Positions 41,255-52,104 of a stretch of 64,000 nt of DNA are shown one piece after another (the first letter of the stretch is position 1; each line of letters begins with the position of its first letter). Position numbers and translations under genes: made by a program. The DNA comes from Acidobacteriota bacterium (GTDB lineage: Bacteria; Acidobacteriota; Thermoanaerobaculia; Multivoradales; Multivoraceae). The notes under the pieces were generated by a model. That model saw only the letters and a list, made by a program, of their open reading frames with translations. It made no database searches and was not told the DNA's origin. The stretch lies in the NCBI GenBank assembly GCA_003388555.1, contig QQVD01000018.1, positions 1,274 through 65,273 on the forward strand. The letters run 5' to 3'.

Positions 41255-41293
41255 GGAGGCGTCACGCGGAGGCGTCACGCGGAGGCGTCGCGC
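41255..41293 (+). repeat. Three tandem 13-bp direct repeats GGAGGCGTCACGC (third copy GGAGGCGTCGCGC) about 90 bp upstream of purC
   Basis: Direct reading. Unit length not a multiple of 3 and intergenic, so non-coding. Confidence 0.85.
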
Positions 41294-41383
41294 GAAGGCC
41301 GTCGTTTTCGCGCTTCTGGCAGGTCGGCCGCCAACCCGACAGAAGCGACAACCACAGACCTCACAGCCAGGGAGAGGCTTCCC

Positions 41384-42304
41384 TTGAGCCAGATGAACGA
41401 GTCCGCGCCGGGTCAGTCGGCGCTCGTACGCACCCAGCTCGACGACGTCGGCGCTGTCAAACGCGGCAAGGTGCGCGACCTCTACGATCTCGGCGACCGT
41501 CTGCTGGTCGTCGCCACCGACCGCCTGTCGGCCTACGACCACGTGCTCAGCCCCGGCATCCCGGACAAAGGCAAGGTGCTCAACCAGCTGACCAACTTCT
41601 GGTTCTCGAGCACCAGGGAGATCGTGCCCAACCACCTGCTGGCAACGCGTGTCGAGGAGTTCCCGGAGGCGCTGCAGCCCTACGCCGAGCAGCTCGCTGG
41701 ACGCTCGGTGATCGCGGCCAAGGCCGAGGTCGTCCCCTTCGAGTGCGTCGCTCGCGGCTACCTTGCCGGCAGCGCCTTCCGCGAGTACAGCCGGACCGGT
41801 TCGGCCTGCGGCTACTCACTGCCGGAAGGCCTGGTGCGCGCCAGCCGCCTCGACGAGCCGCTGTTCACGCCGGCGACCAAGGCTGAGAGCGGCCACGACG
41901 AGAACATCAGCTACGCGGAGCTGGTCGACCGCGCCGGCAGCGAGCTCGCCGAGCGCCTGCGTGACGTCACCCTGGAGCTCTACCAGCACGGCCGAGACTT
42001 GGCCGCCGAGCGCGGCCTGATCCTCGCCGACACCAAGTTCGAGTTCGGCTGGATCGACGGCGAGCTCACCCTCATCGACGAGGTGCTGACGCCCGACTCC
42101 TCGCGCTACTGGGAGGTCGACGCGTGGAGCCCCGGGACCGAGCCGGTGTCTTTCGACAAGCAGTTCGTGCGCAACTGGCTCGACGAGAGCGGCTGGGATC
42201 ACGACAGCCCGCCACCGGACCTGCCGGGGCACGTCGTCGCCGGCACGCGGGACCGCTACTTGACGGCGTTCCGACGCATCACCGGGAGCGATCCGGAGCT
42301 GTGA
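41384..42304 (+). CDS. purC: Phosphoribosylaminoimidazole-succinocarboxamide synthase (SAICAR synthetase)
   Basis: 306 aa, SAICAR synthetase family (…[26 protein letters not shown]…LADTKFEFG…). Confidence 0.95.
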   Translation: MSQMNESAPGQSALVRTQLDDVGAVKRGKVRDLYDLGDRLLVVATDRLSAYDHVLSPGIPDKGKVLNQLTNFWFSSTREIVPNHLLATRVEEFPEALQPYAEQLAGRSVIAAKAEVVPFECVARGYLAGSAFREYSRTGSACGYSLPEGLVRASRLDEPLFTPATKAESGHDENISYAELVDRAGSELAERLRDVTLELYQHGRDLAAERGLILADTKFEFGWIDGELTLIDEVLTPDSSRYWEVDAWSPGTEPVSFDKQFVRNWLDESGWDHDSPPPDLPGHVVAGTRDRYLTAFRRITGSDPEL

Positions 42305-43646
42305 CCGATGGGAGGCGGGAAGAAGTGTAGGACCGCGGCAGCCGCTGGGCGAAGCGGCAGGTCACCTCGTAGGAGATCGTGCCGCTCCAGCGCGCCCACT
42401 CGCCTGCGCTGACGGCGGCGCTCGGCGCAGAGGACGGTGCCGGGCTTTCCGGAGTCGTGGCGCCGAGCAGCACCACCGTGTCGCCGACGTGGTGGGAGGC
42501 GCCCTCGTCGTCCAGCCGGCCGAGGTCGACGCAACACAGGTCCATGCTGACGGTGCCGGCGAGGGCGCGGCGCCTGCCGCCCACCAGCACCTCGGCGCCC
42601 CGCGCCGCGCGCGGCACGCCATCGGCGTAGCCGATCGGCAGCAGGCCGATCAGTCTGTCCTCTGCGGCCCGGTAGGTGCTGTTGTATCCAACGCCCTCGC
42701 CACGCCGCACCGGCCTCAGCGCCGCCAACCGGGTGGTCACCCGCATCGCCGGACGTGGCCACTCCGGCTCCCCGTCGCGACCGGCGGAGCCTGCTCCAGC
42801 GTCGCGCCGCAGGTCGAGGCCGTAGAGACCGCCGCCGAGCCGGAACGAGAGTCGTTCCGGTGGCAGCCCGAGGTTGCCGGCACAGCCTTCGCCGGGGCCG
42901 GCGCCGTCGCGCGGCAGGCCGCAGGTGTTGTCGAGGTGCACCACGCCGCTCGCCAGCCACGGGTGCGCCGCCACGACCTCGGCGAACCGTCGCCGCTGCT
43001 GCGCCGTCACGTCGCTCCCCGCGACCTCGGACTCGCTGAAGTGGCCGAACACCCCACGCAGCTGCAGTCCGGGGCTCGACTGGAGGATGTCGCCGGCGCG
43101 AGACAGCAGCGCCGGATCGAATCCGCTGCGCCGCATCCCGATGTCGAGCTCCAGATGCAGCGGCACCGGCCGATCCATCGCGGCGACTTCGGCCCAGGCC
43201 GCGAGATCGTCCAGCCCACCGACCGTCGGCACCCACCCCAGCCGCGCCCGCGAACGCGCCAGCTCGCGCCGTCGCTCCTCACCGAGCAGGGCCGGGAAGA
43301 CCCCGAGAACCAGCAGCTCGACGCGGCCGGCGTCGCGCGCCAGCTCGGGCAGCCGCGAGAGCAGGCGCTCGGCCTCTTCCGGGCGCGCCACGCAGAAGCC
43401 GCGGCACACCTCGGGAGCCAGGCGCAGCAGACGGCGGACGACCGCCTCGGCACCGTGGCCGTAGGCGTCCGCCTTGACCACCGCGTAGCCGCCGTGACCG
43501 GCGGCTCGCGCCGCGTGCGACAGGTTCTCCACGACCGCGTCGAGGTCGACCTCGACGCGCGACGGCGACGGTGGATCGGCGGACGACGCGCCCTCAGACG
43601 AGCACGTCGGGGTCGTGGTCGTCGTAGTCGGGTGGGGGCTGGGCAT
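42279..43646 (-). CDS. alr: Alanine racemase
   Basis: PLP-lysine motif AVVKADAYGHGA, C-terminal domain (…GRVSMDL…). Start uncertain. ATG 43646 overlaps the dnaB 3' end by 53 nt. 3' end overlaps purC convergently by 26 nt. Confidence 0.82.
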   Translation of the reverse strand: MPSPHPTTTTTTPTCSSEGASSADPPSPSRVEVDLDAVVENLSHAARAAGHGGYAVVKADAYGHGAEAVVRRLLRLAPEVCRGFCVARPEEAERLLSRLPELARDAGRVELLVLGVFPALLGEERRRELARSRARLGWVPTVGGLDDLAAWAEVAAMDRPVPLHLELDIGMRRSGFDPALLSRAGDILQSSPGLQLRGVFGHFSESEVAGSDVTAQQRRRFAEVVAAHPWLASGVVHLDNTCGLPRDGAGPGEGCAGNLGLPPERLSFRLGGGLYGLDLRRDAGAGSAGRDGEPEWPRPAMRVTTRLAALRPVRRGEGVGYNSTYRAAEDRLIGLLPIGYADGVPRAARGAEVLVGGRRRALAGTVSMDLCCVDLGRLDDEGASHHVGDTVVLLGATTPESPAPSSAPSAAVSAGEWARWSGTISYEVTCRFAQRLPRSYTSSRLPSVTAPDRSR

Positions 43647-44973
43647 AGCGCTCGAGGTTGCGGAAGGTGGTGGTATCGCCGAGGAAGGCGAGCTCGACCG
43701 TGCCGGTCTCACCGTGACGGTTCTTCGAGATGATCACCTCGGCCAGGCCTCGATTGTCGTCGTCGGGGTTGTAGACCTCGTCGCGATAGACGAAGGCGAC
43801 GACGTCGGCGTCCTGCTCGATCGATCCCGACTCACGCAGGTCGGCGAGCTGCGGGCGATGATCGCTGCCGCGGCGCTCCGGGTTGCGCGACAGTTGCGAC
43901 AGTGCCATCACCGGGATCTCGAGCTCCTTGGCGAGCTGCTTGAGGCCGCGGCTGATGGCCCCGATCTCGAGGTTGCGGTTCTCGTAGGCGCCGCCCGAGC
44001 TCATCAGCTGCAGATAGTCGATGATCAGCAGGTCCAGGCGCCGGTCGCTGCGCAGCCGCCTCGCCTTCGAGCCGATCTCGAGCAGGGTCGGGTTGCCGGA
44101 GTCGTCGATGTAGAGCGGCGCGTCGCCGATCTTGCGCCGCGTCTGATGCAGCAGACGCCAGTCCTGCTCGCTCAACTGGCCCTGGCGGATGCGCGAGAAC
44201 TCGATGTCGCTCTCCGAGGCGAGGATGCGCATCGCCAGCTCCTGCTCGCTCATCTCGAGCGAGAACACCCCGACGCCGCACTGCTCGCGGATCGCCACGT
44301 GCTGGGCGATGTTGATCGCCAGGCTGGTCTTGCCCATGCCGGGACGCCCGGCGACGATCACCAGGTTGCCGGGGTTGAGCCCGTGCAGGCTGCGGTCGAG
44401 GTCGGGGAAGCCCGTGCGCAGGCCCGGGAAGTCCTTCTCGCCGCGGCGCTCGATCTCGAGCACGGTCTCGTTGATCACCGACTGCAGCAGCGTGAAGCCC
44501 TTGGCGATCGCCTCCTCGCCGAGGCCGAGGATGCGCTGCTCGGCGAGGCCGAGAGCCTCCTGGGCACTGAGGCCGCCGTCGAAGCTGGAGCGGAAGACCT
44601 CGCTGCAGGCGTCGATCAGGCTGCGACGCAGGGAGCGCTCCTTGATGATCTCGACGTAGGAGTCGACCCGGCTCAGATCGGGTAGATCGACGTCGAGGGT
44701 GGCGAGGTAGGCGAGCCCGCCGGCGCGCTCGAGGTTCTCGCGCTGCTCGAGACGGGCCTGCACGGTGCGCAGGTCGATCTCCTCTGCCTCCGCCTGCAGC
44801 TCGATCATCGTGCGGTAGAGCAGCTGGTGACGCTCGGCGTAGAAGTCCTCCTCCACCAGGCGAGCGGCGGCCGCCGGCAGATGGCGCTCGGCATCGAGCA
44901 GGATCGCAGCCAGCACGGCGCGCTCCGACTCCTCGCTGTGCGGCAGCGTCTTCCTGTTCTCCAGCGTCAGCAC
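43594..44973 (-). CDS. dnaB: Replicative DNA helicase DnaB
   Basis: Walker A GRPGMGKTSLA, DnaB N-domain (…SEESERAVLAAILLD…), RecA-like C-domain. Start set at in-frame GTG 44973, because ATG 45102 would overlap the divergent radical-SAM gene. Confidence 0.92.
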   Translation of the reverse strand: MLTLENRKTLPHSEESERAVLAAILLDAERHLPAAAARLVEEDFYAERHQLLYRTMIELQAEAEEIDLRTVQARLEQRENLERAGGLAYLATLDVDLPDLSRVDSYVEIIKERSLRRSLIDACSEVFRSSFDGGLSAQEALGLAEQRILGLGEEAIAKGFTLLQSVINETVLEIERRGEKDFPGLRTGFPDLDRSLHGLNPGNLVIVAGRPGMGKTSLAINIAQHVAIREQCGVGVFSLEMSEQELAMRILASESDIEFSRIRQGQLSEQDWRLLHQTRRKIGDAPLYIDDSGNPTLLEIGSKARRLRSDRRLDLLIIDYLQLMSSGGAYENRNLEIGAISRGLKQLAKELEIPVMALSQLSRNPERRGSDHRPQLADLRESGSIEQDADVVAFVYRDEVYNPDDDNRGLAEVIISKNRHGETGTVELAFLGDTTTFRNLERYAQPPPDYDDHDPDVLV

Positions 44974-45081
44974 GGCGCTCAACTCTAAAGGACGATGCGC
45001 CCCGAATCGACGCCGGCAACGCCAAGGATCCGGCGCTGGCGGAGCGCCGGTCGCCGTGAGGCGATCCGATAGAGTGGCCGA

Positions 45082-46248
45082 GTGATGCGACCGTCCCGCC
45101 AACGCCCCCTGACGGTGCTCCTAGACGCCACCGAGAAGTGCAATCTGAAGTGCACGATGTGCTACTTCTCCGCCACCGACCGGCTGCGCTGGGAGCCCTT
45201 CGACCGCGAGCTCTCGCCCGACGGCATGATGCCGCTCGAGGTCTTCGAGAAGATCGCGGCGGACTTGTTCCCGCGCGCCTGGCGGGTCGCCCTGGCCTGC
45301 GCCGCGGAGCCGCTGATCCACCCGAGGTTCATCGAGATGGTCGGGATAGCGGGGCGCTACCGCGTCCCCGATCTCTGGTTCCCGACCAACCTCCTGGCAC
45401 TGACCGAGAAGAAGGCGCAGGCGATCGTCGACGCCGAGGTCACCACGGTCGGTGTGTCGATCGACGGCACCCGGCAGGAGACCTACGAGGCGATCCGGAT
45501 CGGCGGCAAGTGGGCCAGGCTGATGAAGGTCCTCGACCTGTTCAACCAGACACGCGAGGAGCGCAGGGCGAAGACCGGCCTGCGGATCATCTTCACCTGG
45601 ATGAAGACCAACCGGGGCGATCTGCTCCAGCTGCCGGAGTTCGCCGAGAGGCACGGCGCCAACGAGATCGACGTGCGCTTCGTGGTCCCCACCGCGGGCG
45701 TCGACGTGAGCGACGAAGTGCTCGACGGAGAGGACCCCTCGCGGCTGCGTGACGAGCTCGGCACCGCGGCGGAGGACGCCGTGCGCCGCGGCCTGCGCCT
45801 CTCCTCCTACCCCGAGTACGACAGCGCCGAGGAGATGTCCGGCCCGCTCGCCAGGCTGCGCCGCCAGTGGTTCCGCCGCCGCGCCGGGCTCGATCGCTGG
45901 GAGTACACCCACTACCGCATGCGCGAACGGCTCAAGGGCTGCGTGTGGCCCGGGGATTTCTATGTCGTGCGCCCGAACGGCGCCGTCTCGCCCTGCATCT
46001 TCTGGAACCAGGAACCGATCGGCTACTACCCCGACGACAGCTTCGCCGAGCTGAGCCAGGGGCCCCGGCTCACCGCGATCCTCGACGGCCTGCGCAGCGG
46101 CCGTCCGGTGGGCACCTGCCAGTCGTGCTCGCAGCGCAAGAACGCCCTCTACGTGCGCCTCAAGCGGCTGGTCGGTCGCGGCGACAGCGGCGACCTCGCC
46201 GAAGCCCGCGGTAGCGGTTCGGGGTCTTCCGACCTCGTGCAGCTGTGA
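45082..46248 (+). CDS. Radical SAM protein with C-terminal SPASM/twitch-like Cys cluster
   Basis: CNLKCTMCYF (Cx3Cx2C) near the N-terminus. C-terminal cysteines (…GCVWPGDFYVVRPNGAVSPCIFW…GTCQSCSQ). 388 aa. Confidence 0.82.
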   Translation: MMRPSRQRPLTVLLDATEKCNLKCTMCYFSATDRLRWEPFDRELSPDGMMPLEVFEKIAADLFPRAWRVALACAAEPLIHPRFIEMVGIAGRYRVPDLWFPTNLLALTEKKAQAIVDAEVTTVGVSIDGTRQETYEAIRIGGKWARLMKVLDLFNQTREERRAKTGLRIIFTWMKTNRGDLLQLPEFAERHGANEIDVRFVVPTAGVDVSDEVLDGEDPSRLRDELGTAAEDAVRRGLRLSSYPEYDSAEEMSGPLARLRRQWFRRRAGLDRWEYTHYRMRERLKGCVWPGDFYVVRPNGAVSPCIFWNQEPIGYYPDDSFAELSQGPRLTAILDGLRSGRPVGTCQSCSQRKNALYVRLKRLVGRGDSGDLAEARGSGSGSSDLVQL

Positions 46249-46258
46249 GACGCCGCAG

Positions 46259-48268
46259 ATGGCCGGGCCGCGGGCCGGGAGCCGTCCCGGAAGCCTGATC
46301 CGGGCCCTCCTCGCTCTCGCCCTCGTCTGGTCCTGCCTCGTCGCCGCCGCCAACCTGCAGCGGGCGTGGCGCGGTCGGCCGCAGGATCCAGGCCTGGCTC
46401 CCAGCCTGTGGCTGCTGGGCGGGCCTCAGTCCGAGGCCCTGCGGGCCGAGCTCGCGGCGGTCGCGGCCCGCGCTCCACGTGGCGCGACGCTGGCGCTGAC
46501 CTCGTTCCACGTGCCGTCGCACGAGCTGCACTTCGTGCACCTGTGGACGGCCTTCCTGCTCCCCCACCACCGGGTGGTGCGCGACGATGCTTCCGCCGGC
46601 GCCGACTACCTGCTGGCGTGGCCGGCGCTGGAGCCCGGGCTCGACGCCGGACCCACCACCGTCGCCGGCGGCGCCGGGGTGGAGCTGGCCGGAGCCGTGC
46701 ATCGCAGTCCGGCGCTGTCGCTGCACCGGCTCGCCTCCTCCGCCCCGCCTCCCGCGGACGGCGCCGACGAAGGGCCGGCGATCTCTCGCGCCGCTCGCGC
46801 CGACGCTCCCAGACTCGATCCGGTGCATCGCCGGCTCGACGCCGGGCGCTGGCTCTCCTGGGCCCTGTTCGTGCTGGCCACCACCATGACCGGCGCCGCC
46901 GCCGTGCACCTGCCGCGACGGCTCGCGCGGCGACGCGGCGACGCGCCAGCCGACGAGCCCGCGACGGGCGAGCCCGCCGTCTGGGGCCTGTGGCTGTTCT
47001 CCGGAATCGTCACCCTGTTCGTCCTGCTGGCCTGGAGCGACCTGATCGGCCTGCGATGGAGCCCTGCCGCGCTCCAGGCCGCCCTCGCGGTGGGCGCAGC
47101 GCTGGGCGTCGTCGCCCTCGTCCGGTCGCGGCGAGGCCCCGGACCCGGCCGCGGCCCGAGGGCGTCGGGCATCGCCGGCGGCGAGCTCGGCATCGCGCAT
47201 CTCGCCGCGACGCTCGGCGCCCTCGCCTTCGCCGCGCTCACCTGGCGGCTCGACGCGACCCTCTCCGACTTCGTCTACCACTGGGGGCTCAAGGCCAAGC
47301 GACTGGCGCTCACCGGCGGCGTCGACTTCGGCTTCCTCGCCGATCCGGCGGCCCAGTACGTCCACCCCGACTACCCCAACCTGCTGCCGGCGCTGTGGGC
47401 CGCGGAGGCGATCGCCACGGGCTCGCTGCACGAGCGCATGGCCTTGCTCTGGTCGCCCGTGGCGCTCGCCGCCCTCCTGGCGGTGGCGGTACGCGCGTCG
47501 ATCGGTGGCCGTGGCGAGTGGCCGGGGCGGTCGTCGAGGCAGCTCGGCGCCGCCTTGACGGTGACGACGAGCGCCGGCTTCGCCTGCGGCTACTACCAGG
47601 CCGGCTCGCCGGATCTGTTCCTGGCCGCCGGCGTGCTGCTGATCGCCTGCGCCCTCTGTTCACCGTGGTCCGGGCAACCGACCCCTGGCGGCGACGGTCT
47701 CGCCGCCAACGGCACCCTCTTCGCACTCGGCGCCGGCCTCGCTGCCGGCGCCAAGATCGAGGGCGTCGTCTTCGTGATCCTGGCGAGTGCGGTCCTGGCC
47801 ATCGACGGCGCTCGATGCGTGCTGCGCGGACGCGCGGTGACGGCGGTCGCCGGCTCGGCGCTGCCGGTGCTGACTCCGGCACTCCTGGTGGCCTTGCCCT
47901 GGCTGTTGGGCGTGCTCCGCCACGACCTGTTCCAGCCCGGCAACACCGCCGGCCTGGATCCCACCCGTCTCCCGGTGGTGCTCGCCGCCACCTGGCGGGC
48001 AGCCTGGATCCCGGCCTGGGCGGGCCTGCCACTGCTCGCCGTCGCCGGTCTGGCGGTGGCGTTGTCGCGGCGCTCGACGCGGCCCGTCGCGGCCCTGCTC
48101 CTGGCTCAGCTCGGCTTCTACCTCTACGCCTACCTGGCGACGCCGTTCGACGTCGAGGCGCTGGTCGCCACGAGCTTCCCGCGCCTCCTCTACCACCTCG
48201 TGCCGGCGGCGCTGGTCGTCACCACGATCGCGCTCGTGCCAGACTCGGAGCCCGATCCTGGCCGGTGA
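46259..48268 (+). CDS. Polytopic integral membrane protein (unknown family, possible GT-C-like glycosyltransferase), likely co-transcribed with the radical-SAM gene
   Basis: 669 aa, N-terminal TM, central soluble segment, then about 10 TM helices. Starts 11 nt after the radical-SAM stop. Confidence 0.65.
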   Translation: MAGPRAGSRPGSLIRALLALALVWSCLVAAANLQRAWRGRPQDPGLAPSLWLLGGPQSEALRAELAAVAARAPRGATLALTSFHVPSHELHFVHLWTAFLLPHHRVVRDDASAGADYLLAWPALEPGLDAGPTTVAGGAGVELAGAVHRSPALSLHRLASSAPPPADGADEGPAISRAARADAPRLDPVHRRLDAGRWLSWALFVLATTMTGAAAVHLPRRLARRRGDAPADEPATGEPAVWGLWLFSGIVTLFVLLAWSDLIGLRWSPAALQAALAVGAALGVVALVRSRRGPGPGRGPRASGIAGGELGIAHLAATLGALAFAALTWRLDATLSDFVYHWGLKAKRLALTGGVDFGFLADPAAQYVHPDYPNLLPALWAAEAIATGSLHERMALLWSPVALAALLAVAVRASIGGRGEWPGRSSRQLGAALTVTTSAGFACGYYQAGSPDLFLAAGVLLIACALCSPWSGQPTPGGDGLAANGTLFALGAGLAAGAKIEGVVFVILASAVLAIDGARCVLRGRAVTAVAGSALPVLTPALLVALPWLLGVLRHDLFQPGNTAGLDPTRLPVVLAATWRAAWIPAWAGLPLLAVAGLAVALSRRSTRPVAALLLAQLGFYLYAYLATPFDVEALVATSFPRLLYHLVPAALVVTTIALVPDSEPDPGR

Positions 48269-48299
48269 GGGAAGTCCCGCACCGCACGTAGAGTCGCCA

Positions 48300-48385
48300 G
48301 CCGGAGTGGCGGAACGGTAGACGCAGAGGACTTAAAATCCTCCGCCTTCATCGGCATGTGGGTTCGAATCCCACCTCCGGCACCA
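48300..48385 (+). tRNA. tRNA-Leu (anticodon TAA), CCA encoded
   Basis: GCCGGAGTGGCGGAACGGTAGACGCAGAGGACTTAAAATCCTCCGCC…GGGTTCGAATCCCACCTCCGGCACCA. Anticodon stem GAGGA/TCCTC, loop CTTAAAA. Confidence 0.9.
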
Positions 48386-48449
48386 CTAAGGGAAGACGCG
48401 GCCGGACCGCCAACGGCCACCACCAGGCTGTGCCCGCACGCGGGCAACG

Positions 48450-48524
48450 TGGAGGCGACGGTCGGAATCGAACCGACGAATAAGGGCTTTGCAGGCCCCT
48501 GCCTTACCACTTGGCTACGTCGCC
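48450..48524 (-). tRNA. tRNA-Cys (anticodon GCA), CCA encoded
   Basis: Reverse complement GGCGACGTAGCCAAGTGGTAAGGCAGGGGCCTGCAAAGCCCTTATTCGTCGGTTCGATTCCGACCGTCGCCTCCA, 75 nt cloverleaf. Confidence 0.88.
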
Positions 48525-48598
48525 GGGCGTTGCGCGCCGCGCCATCGGCGCCGCGAGCTTCCACCTCGTGGATCGTGCGCACGATCCGGGAGGCGAGC

Positions 48599-48673
48599 TG
48601 GAGCGGGAAACGGGATTCGAACCCGCGACCCCAACCTTGGCAAGGTTGTGCTCTACCACTGAGCTATTCCCGC
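48599..48673 (-). tRNA. tRNA-Gly (anticodon GCC), CCA encoded
   Basis: Reverse complement GCGGGAATAGCTCAGTGGTAGAGCACAACCTTGCCAAGGTTGGGGTCGCGGGTTCGAATCCCGTTTCCCGCTCCA. Confidence 0.9.
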
Positions 48674-48840
48674 CCGGGAGGGCGAAGGATACGGGCGCGG
48701 CAGCGAGAGTGTCAAGGATTCGGGGGTGCGTGAGGCGTGCCCCGGCCTCGTCCAAATGGAGGTGCCGTGGCAGGCGTCGTGAGCCTCCATCGAACCTCAG
48801 CCGCGAGGCCTCCACCCGACGGCTCACGGACTGCGAGAGC

Positions 48841-49280
48841 TTACTCGAAGGCGCCCCGGATCAGCTCGACCGTCCAGCCCCGACCCCAACCGCCGCGGAA
48901 GATGCTCTCGCTGCCGGGCGGCCGCTCGCGACGCTCGACGAGGACGACGTCGAAGCGGCAGTCCGGGATCTCGAAGCCGTCGCGCTGCCACTGCTGCAGA
49001 TAAACCTCTGCGGCGCGGCGCACCCGGCGCTGCTTGGCCTCGTCCACCGCCTGTGCGGCGCTGCCGTGGGAGCTGTCGGCGCGCGACTTGATCTCGACGA
49101 AGCAGAGCACCGGATCCGCTCCACCTGCGTCCCAGGCCACGAGATCGATCTCCCCGCGCGGGTTGCGGTGGTTGCGTTCGATCACCCGGTAACCGTGCCG
49201 GCGCACCAGGTGGCGCACGGCGCGGTCCTCGGCGGCGCGGCCGCGGAAGCTGGTCGACTGCCGCCCCCGCAGGCGCCGCC

Positions 49281-49281
<1 letters not shown>
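48841..49281 (-). CDS. yraN: YraN-family (UPF0102) putative endonuclease; start codon unresolved
   Basis: Core RHGYRVIERNHRNPRGEIDLVAWDAGGADPVLCFVEIKSR. No ATG/GTG/TTG between the cysS stop and the conserved core, while ATG 49470 would overlap cysS by 190 nt. Confidence 0.55.
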
Positions 49282-50735
<1,454 letters not shown>

Positions 50736-50959
50736 GGTGTTGTGCAGCCGCACCGGTTCGGCCGATCCGGCAGGGGTCGCGGCGCCTTTCCCCTGGTTCA
50801 TCGCGGGCTCAGGCAGCGGTGGTTGCGCGATCGGCGACGACCGACGCCTGCTTCCGCGGTCGGGCGCTCGCGGTCGAGGCGCGATCTCGTCGAACCGGTG
50901 GCCGGCTCGCGGCGCTGCCGGCTCGCCACTGCGCCATCGACTGCATCGGCCACGACCGG

Positions 50960-51553
50960 CTAGTTGACCTGCACCTGGGCGTCGATCCAGCCCAGGAAGT
51001 CCATCACCTGGCCGTTGCCGTCGACACCGTCCTGATCGACGAACTCGAGCCGGCCGGTGCCGCTGGCGGCGCTGGTGAAGCGCAGCGACAGGACCACCCC
51101 GCTGCCCGAGGTGCCGCCGACGTCGCCGAGGCGGGAGACTCCGAGCACCAGCTCGCCCTGACTCTGGAAGACCTGGAGCGAGGTGTCGACGGCGCCCGAC
51201 TGGCTGAGGAAGGTGCCTTCGCTGCCCTCCTGGAAGTTGAGCAGACCGGCCGGATACAGGAGCGTGAAGGCGAGGCCGTAGACGTTCTGCAGGTCGGTGC
51301 CGACGACCTCGAGCAACAGCTCACCCGCGGCGCCGCTGCCGGCGCGCAGCGACACCGTGCCGGCGCTCGCGGCGCTGTCGCTGGTGACCACGATGCCCGG
51401 CGGTGGAGGCGGAGGCGGCGGTGGAGGCTGGGTCGGCGAACCGCCGCCGCCGCCACCTCCGCAGGCCACCAGCGCCGCAAGCGCCAGCCCGTTCAGCAAC
51501 AAGACCGCGTACCTCGCGAGCCGCGCCGTTCGCCCTTCGGACCTCACAGTCAT
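50960..51553 (-). CDS. Hypothetical lipoprotein with Gly7-Pro10 tether
   Basis: ORF trimmed to ATG 51553 (MTVRSEGRTARLARYAVLLLNGLALAALVACGGGGGGGSPTQPPPPPPPPPPGIVV…), then a beta-rich domain. 4-nt overlap with def. Confidence 0.55.
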   Translation of the reverse strand: MTVRSEGRTARLARYAVLLLNGLALAALVACGGGGGGGSPTQPPPPPPPPPPGIVVTSDSAASAGTVSLRAGSGAAGELLLEVVGTDLQNVYGLAFTLLYPAGLLNFQEGSEGTFLSQSGAVDTSLQVFQSQGELVLGVSRLGDVGGTSGSGVVLSLRFTSAASGTGRLEFVDQDGVDGNGQVMDFLGWIDAQVQVN

Positions 51554-52092
51554 CTCGCCACGGCCTCCGTCGGTGCAGTCTCCGGTGGCTCCTTGGCCAC
51601 CAGGCGCTTGAGGTGCCGACGCGCCCGCTCGCGACGCAACCCCCTCAGATGATCGACGAAAAGCACTCCGTCGAGATGGTCGATCTCGTGCTGGATCGCT
51701 CGCGCGAGCAGCCCCAAGGCCTCGAGCTCGTAGCGTTCGCCGGACACGTCGGAGGCGGTGAGGACGACGCTGGCGGGCCGGATCACCTTGTCGGTGTACT
51801 CGGGGATCGACAGGCAGCCCTCGCTGTCCGCCTCGCGCTCGTCGCCTGCCCGGAGCTCCGGGTTGATCAAGACGAGCAGCTCCTCGGGATCCTCGCCGAC
51901 GCTGAGGTCGACCACAGCGACCCGCAGCCCGACGCCGATCTGCGGCGCGGCAAGACCGATTCCCGGCGCTGCGTGCATGGTCTCCACCATGTCCCCCACG
52001 AGCTCCGTGAGCTCGTCGTCGAAGCGCGTCACCGGACGCGCAACCTCCCTCAGCACCGGGTCCGGGTAGATCCGGATCGAACGCAGACTCAT
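51550..52092 (-). CDS. def: Peptide deformylase
   Basis: Motifs GIGLAAPQ, EGCLS, HEIDHL. Confidence 0.94.
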   Translation of the reverse strand: MSLRSIRIYPDPVLREVARPVTRFDDELTELVGDMVETMHAAPGIGLAAPQIGVGLRVAVVDLSVGEDPEELLVLINPELRAGDEREADSEGCLSIPEYTDKVIRPASVVLTASDVSGERYELEALGLLARAIQHEIDHLDGVLFVDHLRGLRRERARRHLKRLVAKEPPETAPTEAVAR

Positions 52093-52104
52093 GACCGGCA
52101 GAGC

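Noticed and set aside
46366-48291. 641-aa + ORF overlapping the membrane-protein gene 46259..48268 in another frame
   Set aside because: Arg-rich junk translation. The 46259 frame gives a coherent polytopic membrane protein.
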